Assembly: GCF_009914755.1 (NCBI RefSeq)
Contig: NC_060940.1
Source of the DNA: the human T2T-CHM13v2.0 reference genome, Homo sapiens
Length of the DNA stretch: 64,000 nucleotides
Reading direction: 5' to 3' (one strand)
Shown here: piece after piece, positions 27,544 to 43,314 of the stretch
Numbering within the stretch: the first letter of the stretch is position 1
How the letters are laid out: every line of letters starts with the position of its first letter
The notes under the pieces: model-generated
Databases searched by the model: none
Told to the model about the DNA's origin: nothing
Seen by the model: the letters and a program-made list of their open reading frames with translations, nothing else
Program-made: the position numbers and the translations under genes

Positions 27544-28708
27544 CTCTACGACGTGCTTCATTCTTCTTTGTATTCACTTCACGGAAGCCCAGATCCTTCA
27601 AATATTCAGCAGCCCCCAAGACTCCGGGCGTGGGTTCCACCGCGGAGCATCTCCTCTGAGCCCAATAGATCTGCTTGCTGTCTCTCTGAACAGCAGCGAG
27701 GAGAGAATCTTGGCCTGGAGTGAGAAACACAAACATACCTGCTCATAAATTCTGTTTTAAAACTAATAAAATTATTTGCCTCTTCCTTCCATTTCTTGGC
27801 CCTTTTCCTCTTCTTGACGTTTTTGAGGAACATATAGTAATGAAATGAAAATTCCAAGAGCATAACATCTGTGGATGCATTTGGATTTCTAAGAATACTT
27901 TTAAAGTAAAATAATACCAAAAGTAAACTCCCACAAATGATACTGAACTCCTAGTAATTTCCTGTCCATCATCATATCAGACCAGGCTGGCTGATTCTTA
28001 CATGGCCTCAGCTGACGTCTCCCATCTTCTATCTTTAAGTTTTCCTGGTGATTATACATACACATAAAATGCCACGTTAGGAAATATGATTGTGAAAATA
28101 TGAATGAGCAAGAAAGCTTACACCTCTCAATATTTATTGTCTTGGAGTGTAGACAGGGTGGCAGTACAGCATAGTGGTTCAATAGTCTGGGCTTCAGCTT
28201 AAAATAGACTCAGCTTCTGCATTAAGATCAACAAGCTGTTTAACTTCTCCAAGACTCAGTTCCATGATCTGGAAGAAAAAGAAGTTGTTGGAGGATTAAG
28301 TGAAATACGGCATGTTAAGGGCTTAGCTGGGTGCCTGGCATGTAGCAAGTCCCCAGAAAAGGAAAATGATCAGTATCAGTTTTTAGAGTAAACATCATAG
28401 TGGTCCTTACTTGCTTCAGACATGGAGGAGGATAAGGGAAATTGTCATTCATTATGCATCAGTTATGTACCAGACAACCACAGAACTCATGACCACTTGG
28501 CCAGAGGTACAGAGATATTATTAATATTTAGCAAATCCCCTGACATCACATATGTCATCAGTGCAGAGGAAGAATTCAAATCTAGATCTGTCTGGCTCCA
28601 GAGCTCAGGTTATTCAACTACGTCATGCTCTGCACTGAAGATGTGGCCATGCAGGCTCAAGTAACATGCAATTGGAGATTTCCCACCCAGAAATTTACAG
28701 GGGCCTGA

Positions 28709-29361
<653 letters not shown>

Positions 29362-29562
29362 TCGAATGCATTCTTAAGTGCCTGTGCCACTATCTCCCAC
29401 CACTTGTCAATTGTATTACCTTGGGCAAGTGCTTCAACCTACCTGAGCCTCAGTTTCTAAATCTCTAAAAAAGAAGTAACAATTTCTCTATGTAGGGGTC
29501 AAATCTGTTTTTGTAGATGGGTTTGCCTAGCCTAGTTCTAGCACATACTAGGGGCTTAATAA

Positions 29563-29893
<331 letters not shown>

Positions 29894-31075
29894 TATCGCT
29901 CTTTCTAAACAGACCAGGATGTGAATTGGATAGGGAAGCCTTAGGTGGACTATGTGGAGTGAGTAAGTGTGTTTTTCTATTGTATGTGTGTTGGAGAGTT
30001 ATGGAGGCAATGTCTGGAGCCTTTCAGATGAATTTGAGTATCCTTACACTGATCTCACTGACAGACAAGTCGCATGCCTCTCCTCCCCACCATTGCACAC
30101 CTTAGCTTTTACTTCTGCTATACATGTGAAATAGACATTTGAAATTATTAAGCTTCTTTGGGAGAAGACAGACTTTCTGTAATCTGCAACTGTTTCCTTT
30201 TGCTGGCCAAACCTTCAAGCAATAAGCATCACCTTTATTGACAAACTTCAGACGCCTTTCAAAAAAATAAAACAAACAGCTAAGAAACAGAGACTTGTTC
30301 AGGGCAAAGCTTGCCCTGGGCTATAAATTTATTGATTCACCCCATCCATGCTTACTTTAATATCTCCAAACCTTATGATCAGGCTAACGCATCTTTTTGA
30401 GATAGGGTGGGGGGGAGCATCGTCTGTGGGCCAGGGAGCCAACATCAACATTTGTTTTACCTTTCTGCAGACATATAATAATAACAATTCAATTCAACAC
30501 ACATTTGTTGGACAGTAGGTCTTGGTGATACAAATATGGGTAGAATAATCTTTTTTTACTGGAGAATAAAAACTGTAATAAAACAGTATGCTGCCTCATG
30601 GTTTTATTTGGTCCATCAAGTAATACGTGCACAAGGAAGGGCACGTCTTATTGTCACCATGTTGTGGATGAGGACACTGACCCTCAGCCTATTATAAAGC
30701 AGATGACATTCATTCATTCACTCAAGCAATATTGATTGTATAATTCATGTGTGCTGGGCACTAGGTCTCAAGCGATGAATACTGCAGGTCATGGATGTAT
30801 GCAGTTTACAGCCTACCTGAGGGGAGGTAGCACTACATGGTTAAGCATGCATGTGCACAAGAGTTAGAAAAAATAGAGAGCACTCCAAAGGAGCATGTAG
30901 CATGAGTAGTTTAGAGGGGCGCTGGCGTGAGGCCAATGGACTGAAATCTGAAGGATGAGCAGGTGTGGTTTGGTAAAGGATGAAGGCAGGTCTCCAGGAA
31001 GAGAGAAGGTGCTTCAGCAGAAAAACACCTGGTTCATCGGAGGAATAAAGCGCCAGCCAGTGTGGTCGGATCTCA

Positions 31076-31201
<126 letters not shown>

Positions 31202-31404
31202 GTTGCAAGAGAAGCCTGCTGGAGGGGTTGCCATATGCCTTGTAGGGGTCATGTAGGTAGTATATGTGTGTGACATGGGACAGCCAGGCTGCATCCTTGT
31301 GCCTCTTATGACAGACTGTCACCCTGTGGGAATAGGAGCTTTGTGTTAACAAATCTTTCCATGTTTTCCAGGAATTTTCTTGGCTGTTAAAGGTTGGCAA
31401 TGCA

Positions 31405-31712
31405 TTTTATTTTATTTTACTTCTTTGAGACAAAACCTCTCTTTGTCCCCCAGGCTGGAGTGCAGTGGTGTGAACATAGCTCACTCTAGCCTCAAACTCT
31501 TGGGTTCAAGTGATTCTCCTCCCTCAGCCTCTTAAGTAGCTGGGACACTACAGGTGCATGCCACCACTCCTGGCTAATTTTAAAATTTTTTTTTGTAGAG
31601 GCAAGGTCTTGCTAAGTTGCCAGGGCTGGTCTTGAACTCCTGACCTCAAGTGATCCTCAGCCTAGGCCTTCCAAAGTGTTGGGATTACAGGTGAGAGCCA
31701 CTGCACTCAGCC
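31405..31712 (-). mobile_element. AluJ
   Basis: aacatagctcactctagcctcaaactc.... Degenerate TSD gcaatgcatttt/gtaatacatttt. Confidence 0.92.
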
Positions 31713-31719
31713 AGTAATA

Positions 31720-32310
31720 CATTTTAGAAGTTACCGTTATAGGAACAAAGTAGAAAAGATAGGACATTGGGGGTGGGGGAAAACATCAAGAATCCTCTTT
31801 GGATATGTCAAATTTGAAATGCCTGTTAGATACTCAAATAGAGTGGTTGAGAAAGCAGTTGTATATATTGGTCTGAGGTCATGGCACTAGTTAATTTGGG
31901 GAGTCACTGGCAATAGCTGGTATTGTAAGCGGGGGGACTTGGTGATATCACTTAGGGAGATAAGGTTGAGTGAGAAAAGATGTCCAGGCCTGAGCCATGG
32001 CAAATCTTAAAATAGCAGGGGGAGTAGGAAGACCCAGATTGGAGACTGAGCAAGAGTGGCCAGATGCTTTGAGGAAGAATTAGGGAAATAGGTGTCACCA
32101 AAGACAAGATAGTGTTTAAAAAGAATAGTCAACTTTGCCTAAACTCTGCTGAGAGGTGGAATAAATGGGGTCTTAAACATGTCCTGTGGAGTTGGAAATA
32201 ATGCTAGAGGAGTGATAAGGAAAGAATTCATATTTGAGAGAGCTAAAGAATGAAATGGAGGAGAGGAATCAAAATCAGTATGTAAACAGTTTTTTAAGAA
32301 GCTTGGATTT
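31720..32310 (-). mobile_element. L2 fragment
   Basis: tttggatatgtcaaatttgaaatgcctgttagatactcaaatagag...ttgggggagtcactggcaatagctggtattgtaagc. Confidence 0.65.
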
Positions 32311-32519
32311 ACAGGGGGCCAGAGAAAAACACCCAATCCTCCTCCCTAAGCTATGAGTGGAGCCACAGGCTATGAGTCCAGGATGCAGAGGGTGTGGATC
32401 TGAGTCTTTTGCTTCATATGATTCTCTGGGTTCTGTGCCTCTTTCCACTGTACTGTCTTTGGTTTCCCGTGATGGCCCATGATTTCTAATGTCAGTGTTG
32501 GTGATCGGATTCTTCTGGT

Positions 32520-33592
32520 CTCATTGCTCAACCTTAATCTAGGCCCCCATCCTATTGTGTCTGGAATATTGCAGTAACCTAAGCTGCTCTCTCTTTCAAC
32601 CCTTGCCTAGATTTCAATCCAGCAGCTATAAATTAAATCAATCAATAGATCGATCCCTTACAGGTAAGTTATATTGTACCACGTTTTTCTCAAAACTAAA
32701 CTATGGTCTGTCATCTGGCTCCATCAAAGCCGTACTCATTATCATACCCTACGGGGCCCTCCATGATCTGCAACTCATTTTTTGAAGTCAATTTATCTTT
32801 GATTTTATCTCCTACCACACTTGCTTCATTCTTCAGAAGAATGAATACACTGGTCTCCTTGCTGTTTCTCAAACACTCTGGCCCTCCCTGGTCCCAGGGA
32901 CTTCAGCCTCTGAAGTTATCTGCACCTGAAATGTTTGTTCTTAAATGTCCACAAGTAGAAATCCTTCCCCTCACTGCCGCCCCCACCCCTCTTTTTTTTT
33001 TTTGAAACAGGATCTCGCTGTGTCACTGGGGCTGGAGTACAGTGGTGCGGTCATGGCTCACTGCAGCCTCGAGCTTCTAAGCTCAATGGATCCTCCCACC
33101 TCAGCCTCCGAGTAGCTGGGACTACAGGCATGCACCAGCATGCCTGGCTGATTTTTGTGTTCTATTTTTTTTGGTGCAGACAGGGTGACAGGGTTTCACC
33201 ATGTTGCCCAGGCTGGTCTCGAACTCCTGAGCTCAAGTGACCTGCCTGCCTTGGCCTCCCAAAATGCTGGGATTACAGGTGTGAGCCACCACGCCCAGCC
33301 TGAAATTCTTCACTTTTTTATGTCTTTGTTTATGTAGTCATACCTATCTGGGCAGTCATATCTAAAATTGTAACCCACTCCTCTCGACACTCTATCTGGG
33401 ACACGTAGCACTATTTAATAACACTATACATTTTACCATAATCTTTGTCATATTTATTTTCTCCCCACTTTAATGTAAGCTTCATGAGAGCAGAGGTCTT
33501 TGTTTCTCTTGTTTACTACCTTGTCTGTAGTGCCCAGAATGGGGCTCCATGCATAGCTGATGCTCAAAGAACAGTTGTAGAATGAATGGATA
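32520..33592 (+). mobile_element. L2 3' portion interrupted by an AluJ
   Basis: ctggaatattgcagtaacct...ctggtctccttgctgtttctcaaacac...aatgtaagcttcatgagagcagagg...gttgtagaatgaatgga. Confidence 0.75.
32992..33300 (-). mobile_element. AluJ (Jb-like)
   Basis: tcatggctcactgcagcctcgagcttctaagctcaa...gagccaccacgcccagcc. Confidence 0.93.
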
Positions 33593-34116
33593 AAATGATG
33601 TGTTAATTACGATACAGTCTCAAATTCCCAAGGTTGCCCAAAGTTCGGGAAAGAGATTCAGCATCCATACAAATTTACTGAGCCCTCACTATGTGTCAGT
33701 TATTGTATCTGGCAATTTTAAGTTTATCCATTATTCCTGTAAGGGGATAATCTTATCTGTTTCATAGACGAGGAATCTGTGATTCAGAGATTTTAATGAT
33801 TTTTCCTTATTGGCCAAGAAATAAGCCACAAAGTCAGGCTTGGGAACCAGATTTAAATTGAGTTGACATGAGGCCTTGTCTCATTACTAGGAGGGGAGAA
33901 TGGTGAGGAAATGGAGAAAGAAGAAAGTCAGAAAGCAACATTACTTTGCCTTATGGAGACTGAAGGATTTTTTGAAGAGCAGAAGCTGGTGCAATATGGT
34001 TTTCTTGTCATCTCATCAGCAGGAAAACTTTTTGGTGCCACTTCTAGTTCTCCAGATGTGAAGGAACCCAACAAACCTTAGCCTTTGCTCTCACTACCCT
34101 GGGTACCATTGATTAA

Positions 34117-34436
<320 letters not shown>

Positions 34437-34556
34437 GTCTTCTAAGTTTTGACTCACCCATGGCTAGAACAAGCTAATGGCCATGGGCTGACTTATGGCT
34501 TCTTCCTACTGCCTTCTCTGTTTGTGTCTTTTGGCTTTCTGTCTTCTGCTAACTGC

Positions 34557-34922
34557 TGCTATGGTCTGAAAATTGTATCTCCCTAAAATCTATAGGTTGA
34601 AACCTAATCCCTGGTGTGATGGTATTAGGAGGTGGGGCCACTGGTAGTTGATGAAGGCTCATAAGGGTAGAGCCTTTATGAATGGGATTGGTACCCTTAG
34701 CAAAGAGTCCCCAGAAAGCTGCCTTGCTCTTTGTACCATGTGAGAACACAGCAAGAAAACATCATTTGTGAACCAGTAAATAGATCCTCGCTAGACATTG
34801 GATTTGCTGACCCCTTGATCTTGGGCTTCCCAGCCTCCAGAACTGTGAGAAATACATTTCTATTGTTTATAAGCTACCCAGGCTATGGTGTTTTGTTATA
34901 GCAGCCTGAACTGACTAAGACA
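34557..34922 (+). mobile_element. MLT1A0-like solo LTR
   Basis: tgctatggtctgaa...ggtattaggaggtggggcc...ccagcctccagaactgtgagaaata...gttatagcagcctgaactgactaagaca. Confidence 0.9.
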
Positions 34923-35065
34923 CTGGTCACCACTAAATATTGGAACTCCTTGAGAGAGAGGGTTGTTTATTCAACAGATATTTGTTGAGCAATTACTGTG
35001 GCTTGGCACTGTTCCAGGCACGCTGGATACCTGAGTATCGTTGCCCTTGCAGAGATAACAGCTGT

Positions 35066-35250
35066 TAAGCCATATGCTTACACTAGTCTTGGGGACAGCA
35101 ACATTAGAATTACTGGAAGCTTGTTAGAAATGCAAATTCATGGGATGCACCCAAACCTACTGAATTCCAGTCTCTGAGCATGTGTCCTAGAAAGCTGTGC
35201 CTTAAGCTTTTCAGATGCTTCTTTTGTCCATCAACCTTTAAGAACCGTTG
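35066..35250. mobile_element. MER5A-like relic
   Basis: cagcaacattagaattactggaagcttgttagaaatgcaaattcatggg...cctactgaattccagtctctg. Confidence 0.65.
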
Positions 35251-36249
35251 CCATATTGAATGCCTTTCCTTGGGCTGTGCGTCTCAGCCTGGCTCACTCA
35301 GCTTTGGCAGAAGGTCAGGGCCATTGGTCAGTTTTCCTCTGAAGGGCCTGTTGGAGCGGCAGGCATCTAGAACATAATATAAATTTCTCTGATGAAAACA
35401 CAGTTGTTTGATGAGCACAGCAGCTACCCTTAGAAATTAGGTTTTCTTCCTCTACTACATAAAGTTTACCAACTTGTTTTTATTACTCTTGCTTCTTCCA
35501 TTTTTAGCCATTGTTGTACAAATCCATGTACAGAGAGAATTTCAAACAAGACATTCTAGGATGACTGTTCAAATTCTAGTTTTCTCTTCTCTGGAACTTC
35601 TGAAGAAGTGGCAGGGTTTCTTGTGAGTTTTTTGAACTGGGAGGAAAAGCTGATGCTAATTGGAAGATACCCAAGGCTATACTTTGTATTAAACAAAGTT
35701 ATTAAATGCACGCCCTCAGCCAAGATTGCCTTATTCTTTTCTGTGTCTCTATGTCCAAGCTGGCAAGCTCAGGGCTTGGCTTGTCAAGTCTTTCCAGGAC
35801 TGCTAAACAGAGACTACCCTAGGAAATTCTATTGCCTGACACTTGAGGCATCTATCAAAAAGGAGGAAATTTTGGCAGAATAAGAGTGAACAGGTTTCTG
35901 TGACTAAATTAGCTTTTTTTGTTTGTTTGTTTTGGGGGATGACCCTTCATTATACTGTATTTACCTGCAACTTCTGGCTCTACATTTTTCCTCCAAATTA
36001 AAATATATGTGTGTGTGTGTGCATGTGTGAAAGAGAGTCTAGAATTCAGGAAATAAAATTTGGTGGCAGGCCATTGTCCCCTCTCACTGCCTGCACAGAA
36101 AGATCTGATGAGCAGCTCTAGCTTTCAATCCTGTTCATGAATTGATTGATTGATTTGTTTTTTCCAGTAAGTCAATATTTACTGAGCTGGGCTTCAGGCG
36201 TTGGGTTGCGGGGAGCATTCTTGGTGAGCTGTAACATCCATCATGCTTA

Positions 36250-37080
36250 AGTGGATCCCATTGGCATTTTCTGGGACTGTGACCCTGGATACTCCCTTTG
36301 GAGCATCTCATGCTTACCTGTGGCTTCAATTTCGGGACAATGATGACTCAAAAGGTTTCATTTTTAGGTTTCTCCTCTGCGCTTTGGCCACCTATATTCA
36401 AATGCTTACTTGACATCTTCACTTGGCTATTTTAAATTCACCTTGCATTCAACATGCCCAAAGACTAGACTCATAACCTTTCCCATACAACTGAGCCCAC
36501 TATCTGGCATCCACTGTCTCAGTTAAATGATGTAAACGGCCGTTTAGTTGTTCAGTCCAAATTCTGAGATTCATCTTGGAGCTGCTTGTTTCTTTATTCT
36601 GTACGGCCAATCTGTCACCAAGTCCTGACAATTTTACCCCTTAAATATCTCTTTAATCTATTAGCTTTTCTGAATATCTACTGATACCACTCTAGCTAAA
36701 AAATAATAGCCCCTCTCGTTTTGAAGATGGAAACAGCCTTTCATCTACCTCCTGTGTCCTCTGAGGCTCTGCACCGATCCATTTTCCTCCCCACATCCGG
36801 GGGACCTTTCAAAATCCAAAACTGAAGTTATAGCTGTGCTAGAAATCCTTTAGGTGCTTCCCACTGTCTTCAGGGTAGTAATATTAACTATTATTTACTA
36901 ATGGTAATTGGTACTTGTTGTATACCAGGTACTACCCTAAGTGTTTTACATGTTTTAACCCATTTTCATATGTTACCCCATTTAAGCAAAATTGAAATCT
37001 TTGCAATGGCCATAAAGTCCTGCAAATACGACCTCTACCTGCCTCTCCTGGCTTGCCTTTGCATGTGCAATTTCTTCATT
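36250..37080 (+). mobile_element. L2 fragment with an embedded MIR piece
   Basis: cctatattcaaatgcttacttgacatcttcacttggctatt...caacatgccca...ccaatctgtcaccaagtcctg. Confidence 0.7.
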
Positions 37081-38439
37081 ACAACTTTTCCCTCTATTAT
37101 AAAATGTAGTCCCTTCTCAGGCTGGACTTGAAGTGCACTTGCTTCTGGAAACAATCACCTGAATTCTGTGTTGGTGTCTGGACTGATGAGCAACTAACCT
37201 CTATGGTTTTGGATAATGAACATCAAGGCCCCTGGTCTGGCAGGGCAGCAGGGTTCTGGTGTCAATTTTACATTGTGATTTGGGCTAGCCACTCTCTGAC
37301 TCCATTAGGGTGCTTTGATTGCAAGTGTATTCATTTTCATCTTGCTTAAGCAACACGTAGGAATTTCCTGGAAGCATACAGGGCATGTAATAAATCCCAT
37401 GGGTAGAGTAAAGTGGATTCAGCCTCACAGAGGGCTAAATCCAGGTACCAGACAGCAGTCAGAATGGAGGTTGGAAATCAATGGCATCTTTCTCTCTCCA
37501 GGCTGTTGTAAATGTTTTCAATACACTGAGCTCCTACTTCTACATGGGCTAAGGTTCAGTAAGCATCCTAGATGAATTAATATTCCTCTCCTTGGTTCTG
37601 AGCTCTGTAAAGAGCTCCTCTGATTGGCCCAGCTGGTGCCAGGGATCAAATCATCATCAGCCAGCAACATTAGGTCACAGACTCTAACCCTGTCTGTTAA
37701 AGAGGAAGGCAGGGGCAGCTTGAAGGGAAACAGTGGCTTGGCCAGGAACCCGGAAAGGTGCTGCTTTTGGCCTCAGCTTTCTCATCTTTAAAAGCTTCCT
37801 GGGCACCTTGATTTTTCCCCAGCTCACTCCCTGCACAGAGAGCTTGAAGCTCAGTGTCACAGATTACGCCGCGACGCTGTTGAAACACAAACCAAATGCA
37901 GCCCCAACTCTAAAGATCTGGGGATTAAGCAGAGAAACCTCTTGTGTCGTCTCAGCAAAGAAGCTGCAAATCCCCTAAGTGCCAGTGACGGGGAGGCTTT
38001 GACTGGGGAAACATCAGAGAAATTAAACACTTCACTCCACTCTCATGTCCTATGAGGGGATTTGTGGTTTCAAACAGTAAGCTCGGATGTGTCTTTCGCA
38101 AAGCCAAAGCCCTCCATTAGCACAGGAGATAGAATCTAATAGCAGAGGGCCAATGTTGCTGAGGGTGGGGTAGTGCAACAGTGTGCCTGTTCCTGGAAAG
38201 CCCCATGCCTCGTGGCTTGACACTAGGTGGAATGCCTCCACCATCCTTTCATTCACAACTTGTGTCTCTCCTTCTACCTGCAATGTTACTGATCCCTATT
38301 AGGCAAGTTGTACTCCCTCTCTGCCTCCGCTCCCATGCCAGACCCTCTGTCTGGACAGAAGCCAAATCCTTCCTATCTGTATAGTGAATATTAACCATCC
38401 TGAAGGGTTGGTTGAAATGGCACCGTTAAAAAAAAAAGT

Positions 38440-38670
38440 TGATCAAGGTTATGATTTATATGTCATAAAAACTTTACTACATTAAATGTACAATTCCAAG
38501 GTTTTTAGAAAATTTACATCGTTGTGCAGCCATCACTACAATCCAACTTAGAACATTACCTTCTCCCCCAAAAGATCTTTCATGCCCCTCTGTAAATCAA
38601 TCCCTATTCCGACCCCAAGCCCCAAACAACCACTAATCTCTCTGTCTCTGTAGATTCACCTCTCCGAACA
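38440..38670 (-). mobile_element. L1M (MB/MC-type) 3' fragment
   Basis: aaatgtacaattc...gttgtgcagccatcactacaatccaacttagaacatt...ccccaaacaaccactaatctctctgtctctgtagatt. Confidence 0.8.
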
Positions 38671-39335
38671 CTGGGACTCCCCCTGGCAGTAATTCTGCCC
38701 TGTGAGCTTCTACTATCCTTCGTAAGCATTTGCAAAATAATCTGGTATTTGTTGTTTACGTGTATGTTTCTCCACCTACAGTTTAAATACCAAGACCACC
38801 TTGTTACTGTGGAGACCTCTGCATGTGGTAGGCAGACCAGAACAGTCTGTGTATGACTGGGCACACACATGAGTTAAATTCACTTGATCTAGAACAAACT
38901 TTAATACTATCTCTCTGCTAAAATAGCATAGCTAACTTTTAGTGAGCATTTACTATGTGCCAGATGCCTGCTCAGTGTTTACCTTAATTCTGAGACCTCA
39001 CGATCCTTATTTAACCTTTACTTAAATTGAAGAGATAGTGATTTATGATTGGCATTTATAGATGAGGAGACTGGGGCGAAGAAAAGAACTTTTAGATAGT
39101 AAGTTGTAGTACCAGACCTTAGATCTGGTTCTGTTTAGCCTAGAAATACATTCTGTTAACCACAACACTTCAATGCCTTCCAGCCACTGATGGTTTGCCC
39201 ATAAGACCCATGCCTAATGGTTTTCCTATGATCTCAGTAGGTCTGTATCCTTTAGATTTCAGTTCGTGTTTTGGTTAGCAAGCACCCCCATTTTGCATCC
39301 ACTTTGGGTTCCCTCTGAAGGGGTGGGACTGTTCA

Positions 39336-39479
<144 letters not shown>

Positions 39480-40299
39480 CTAACTTAGTGTGAAACTGTT
39501 TGATTTTACTGATCAGCTAAATCAACTGCATGCTTTCTTTCCACATTGATTCCTCACAGGCAATGGCCCAGGGAATATGAAGTAATAATAAACTTAGCAT
39601 TTATAAAGCATTTGGGGAAAAAAATTGCCAGAGAGCTTACTAGAAAAACTGAACTGGATTCTTGGGAATTTTGAAAGATTCATGTTCAGCCTTTTGGGAA
39701 TGTTGGAAGCAAAGAAAGAAGAAGATGTAGGATGGGCTTGTGACATTTTGACCTTCCATGGCCTTCAGACACTGGCAGAAATGAGGCCCCAGCTCTCTTG
39801 GGAGGAATGCCAAAGGGACTAACAATGTGAGCAATAATTCTAACTCTTCTGCCTGCATTCTCTTTCGGGACTAGGGCTGACTTAACCTGGAAAATTCCCG
39901 TGACAGCTTTGATCATGCTCAAGAAACTTAAATGCCTGTGTGCTGGCAGAAGATCAATAGAAATGAAGTGGACCCAACATAAGACAATAAGGAGTGGTGA
40001 GGAGCATGGTAAACTGGATAGAATAGCTCCCGTCTTCAAGAGGCAGCTGCTCCTCAGCCCCAGCTCGCTGTTTTTCTGTTTTTTTTTTTCCCCGATTTTT
40101 CGGATTTATAAAAAGAAGCTAGAAACCTGGATGTTTATTGAAAACCCCTCCATTCCTTTCTCCATTCATCCATCAATTCAGAAAGTGGCTATTGAGCACC
40201 TACCATGTTCCAGATCCTGTTCTAGGCACTGAGGATGTAACTGTGATTTGAAAAGACACAGTCTCTGTTCTGATTAATCATTTAGAAACATGTGAAATA

Positions 40300-40765
<466 letters not shown>

Positions 40766-41484
40766 AAGGAAACATGCAGACCAAAGGGGTCGTATTTTCA
40801 GGTCACCAAGGAAAAACAAAGCCAACAACAAAATCACAAAAGTACCCTTAATTATAAATGCAGATGCAGAGTTCTAAATGGGATATCTTCCAATCTAACA
40901 AGCACACCTCCAGACCACCTCCTGTAGAATTCATGTGGCCTCCTATGCTTTGCTTCCAAGATAGAGTACTGTCATCTCAGTAGCCTCAAAATCTCCCCTC
41001 AGATGTGCCCCACTTTCTTAGTCATCTCCTTAAGAACTTGGGAGCAATAATTGCCGTATGTTTTGAAAGGTTCTGGGTCCACTGTCTCAGGGCCAAATGT
41101 TTTCCCTGAACCCTCTCCATGGGCTTTTCCACAGGGCCATGAGTTTGGGGTTCCTCATGACCCACCTTGGGACATGAGCATTCTCGAATTACCAGAATCG
41201 ATGCAGCCCAAGCCTCTTCTACCTGTAGCCCTGAAAGCGCTTGAGAAGTTCAAGTGCAAAGCTGCTGCTGTGGTAGGAATGGGCACTTTGGGATACTTTA
41301 CGTTGTATCTGAGCATGGGAACTGGGAGAGAGCATTTAGAGAACTGTAAGTAATTCAGGAAAGGCTTTGGTCCAAGGTGTGCAAGAGTGAACATAGGAAA
41401 CACGTGTAGAAAAACTAGAAAGGAGAAAGATGGTGAAAGCAACCCTGTTTGGCAGATGACAGGTGAAGAAACTGAGTCTCAGGT

Positions 41485-41790
41485 GGACCGGCGTGGGGGC
41501 TCACGCCTATAATCCCAGCAGTTTGGGAGGCTGACGTGGGTGGATCATGTGGTCAAGAGATCGAGACCATCCTGGCCAATATGGTAAAACCCCGTCTCTA
41601 CTAAAAATACAAAAATTAGCTGGGTGTGATGGTGCACCCCTGTAGTCCCAGCCACTCAGGAGGCTCAGGCAGGAGAATCACTGGAATCCGGTGAGCTCAG
41701 ATCACACCACTGCACTCCAGCCTGGCAACAGAGTGAGACTCCATCTCAAACAAACAAACAAAAACAAGAAGAAAAAAAAAAGAAAAGAAA
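41485..41790 (+). mobile_element. AluSc-like with a right-arm deletion
   Basis: ggtcaagagatcgagaccatcctggccaa. Tail is (AAAC)n/A. Confidence 0.92.
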
Positions 41791-42154
41791 GGTTCAAGGT
41801 TATCTTCAGGGGCACATACAGGGAACCAGTACTATCCTCCAGGTTTCCTACCTTCTAATCACACATCGCATCCCACTACTGTCTGGATCCCTTGCCCCAT
41901 GTGAAGACCAAAGACAGGAAGACAAGCAAGAGTGCTTTGGAAAGAACATGCCCACAAAATAATTGGTCTGTCTCTGAGACCACACCTCTAAGGTGATTTG
42001 GGCTCTACTCTGTGGACGCATTTGGAGGCTCAGTTTTCAGCATTAGAATCTCAAGGGCTTCGCACAGGTGACCATCTAGAAGGTTGGCAGCAGGGAAGGA
42101 GAGAAAAGAAACAGCTATGTTCAGCTTGTCTGAGAAGAAGGCAAAAACGTGATT

Positions 42155-42580
42155 CTTTTTAAAAATATATTTCTTTATTTTATATTTTTAAACTTTTATT
42201 TTAGGATTGGGGTACATGGTCAGGTTTGTTATATAGGTAAACTTGCGTCATGGGCTTTTGTTGTATGGATTATTTTGTCACCCTGGTACTAAGGCCAGTG
42301 CCCAACAGTTATTTTTCCTGATGCTCTCCCTCCTTCCATCCTCCACCCTTAAGTAGGCCCCATTGTCTGTTATTCTCTGCTATGTGTCCAAGTGTTCTCA
42401 TCATTTAGCTCCCACTTATAAGTGAGAACATGTTGTATTTTGGTTCTCTGTTCCTGTGTGAGTTTGCTGAGGATAATGGCCTCCAGCTCCATCCATGTTC
42501 CTGCAAAGGACGTAGTCTTGTTCTTTTTTATGGCTGCATAGTATTCCATGGTGTATATGTACCACATTTTCTTTACCTAG
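42155..42580 (-). mobile_element. L1PA (old) 3' end
   Basis: caggtttgttatataggtaaac...catttagctcccacttataagtgagaacatg...atggctgcatagtattccatggtgtatatgtaccacattttctt. Confidence 0.93.
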
Positions 42581-42864
42581 GCATATGAAGAACATGCTTC
42601 TGGTTGTGGAAATTTGCAAAGCTGCATGGAAGTGGCCTCACCTAAAGGATATAACTGTTTCTAGATAGTCCTGGATGGAGGCTTCACCTCTCTCAGACCT
42701 CTCTAGGCCAGCCCTGTCTAAACTCCAGCCACTCTTACTCCTTTTGTTCTAAAACACTGAAGTGAAATTCAATCTCAAAACCCATATGAGATCTGCTAAG
42801 TTCCAGATGGGGAAATGTTAATCTCTCTTCACAGAACTTTCTACTTCCTCTTTCTTTGCCTAAT

Positions 42865-43265
42865 GCTTTAGAATTTTTTTATTTGCAAGTGACAGACACC
42901 CGTTCAAGCACTGGGGTAAGCAAAAACCTGATCAATTATCTAAAAAAGTTCAAGGTGTAATAATGGCTTCAGGCATGGCTAGATCCAGTATAATTCAGTC
43001 TGACTGCGACCAAGAGGATGTCAACATAAATCTTTCTTTCTCCATCTCTTGCCTGTCTTTTCCTATCTCCTTGTTTCATCCTCAGCCTGGTCCTCCTTAA
43101 ATATTGACAAAGATATATTAGCCACTCCAGATTTATGTCCTACCGATGTAGGGATCCCAGCAGAATGAGATGACTTCTTTTCCAATGGCACCAGCAAATG
43201 TCCGGGTGCTGGCCCTCAGAGGACAACCTGGATCATGTATTTCCATTCCTGATCCAATGACCATG
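42865..43265 (-). mobile_element. MLT1J/K-like LTR fragment
   Basis: tttgcaagtgacagacacccgttcaagcactggggtaagcaaaa...ggcttcaggcatggctagatccag. Confidence 0.65.
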
Positions 43266-43314
43266 AGTTTTTCCTTCTGAAAAAACAAAAACAAAAACAA
43301 AAACAAAAAAAAAA

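Noticed and set aside
30905-30925. CTCF-like AGAGGGGCGCT (also ~62371-62393)
   Set aside because: The 5' CCAC/CCAG half of the core is missing or poor, so these are only partial matches.
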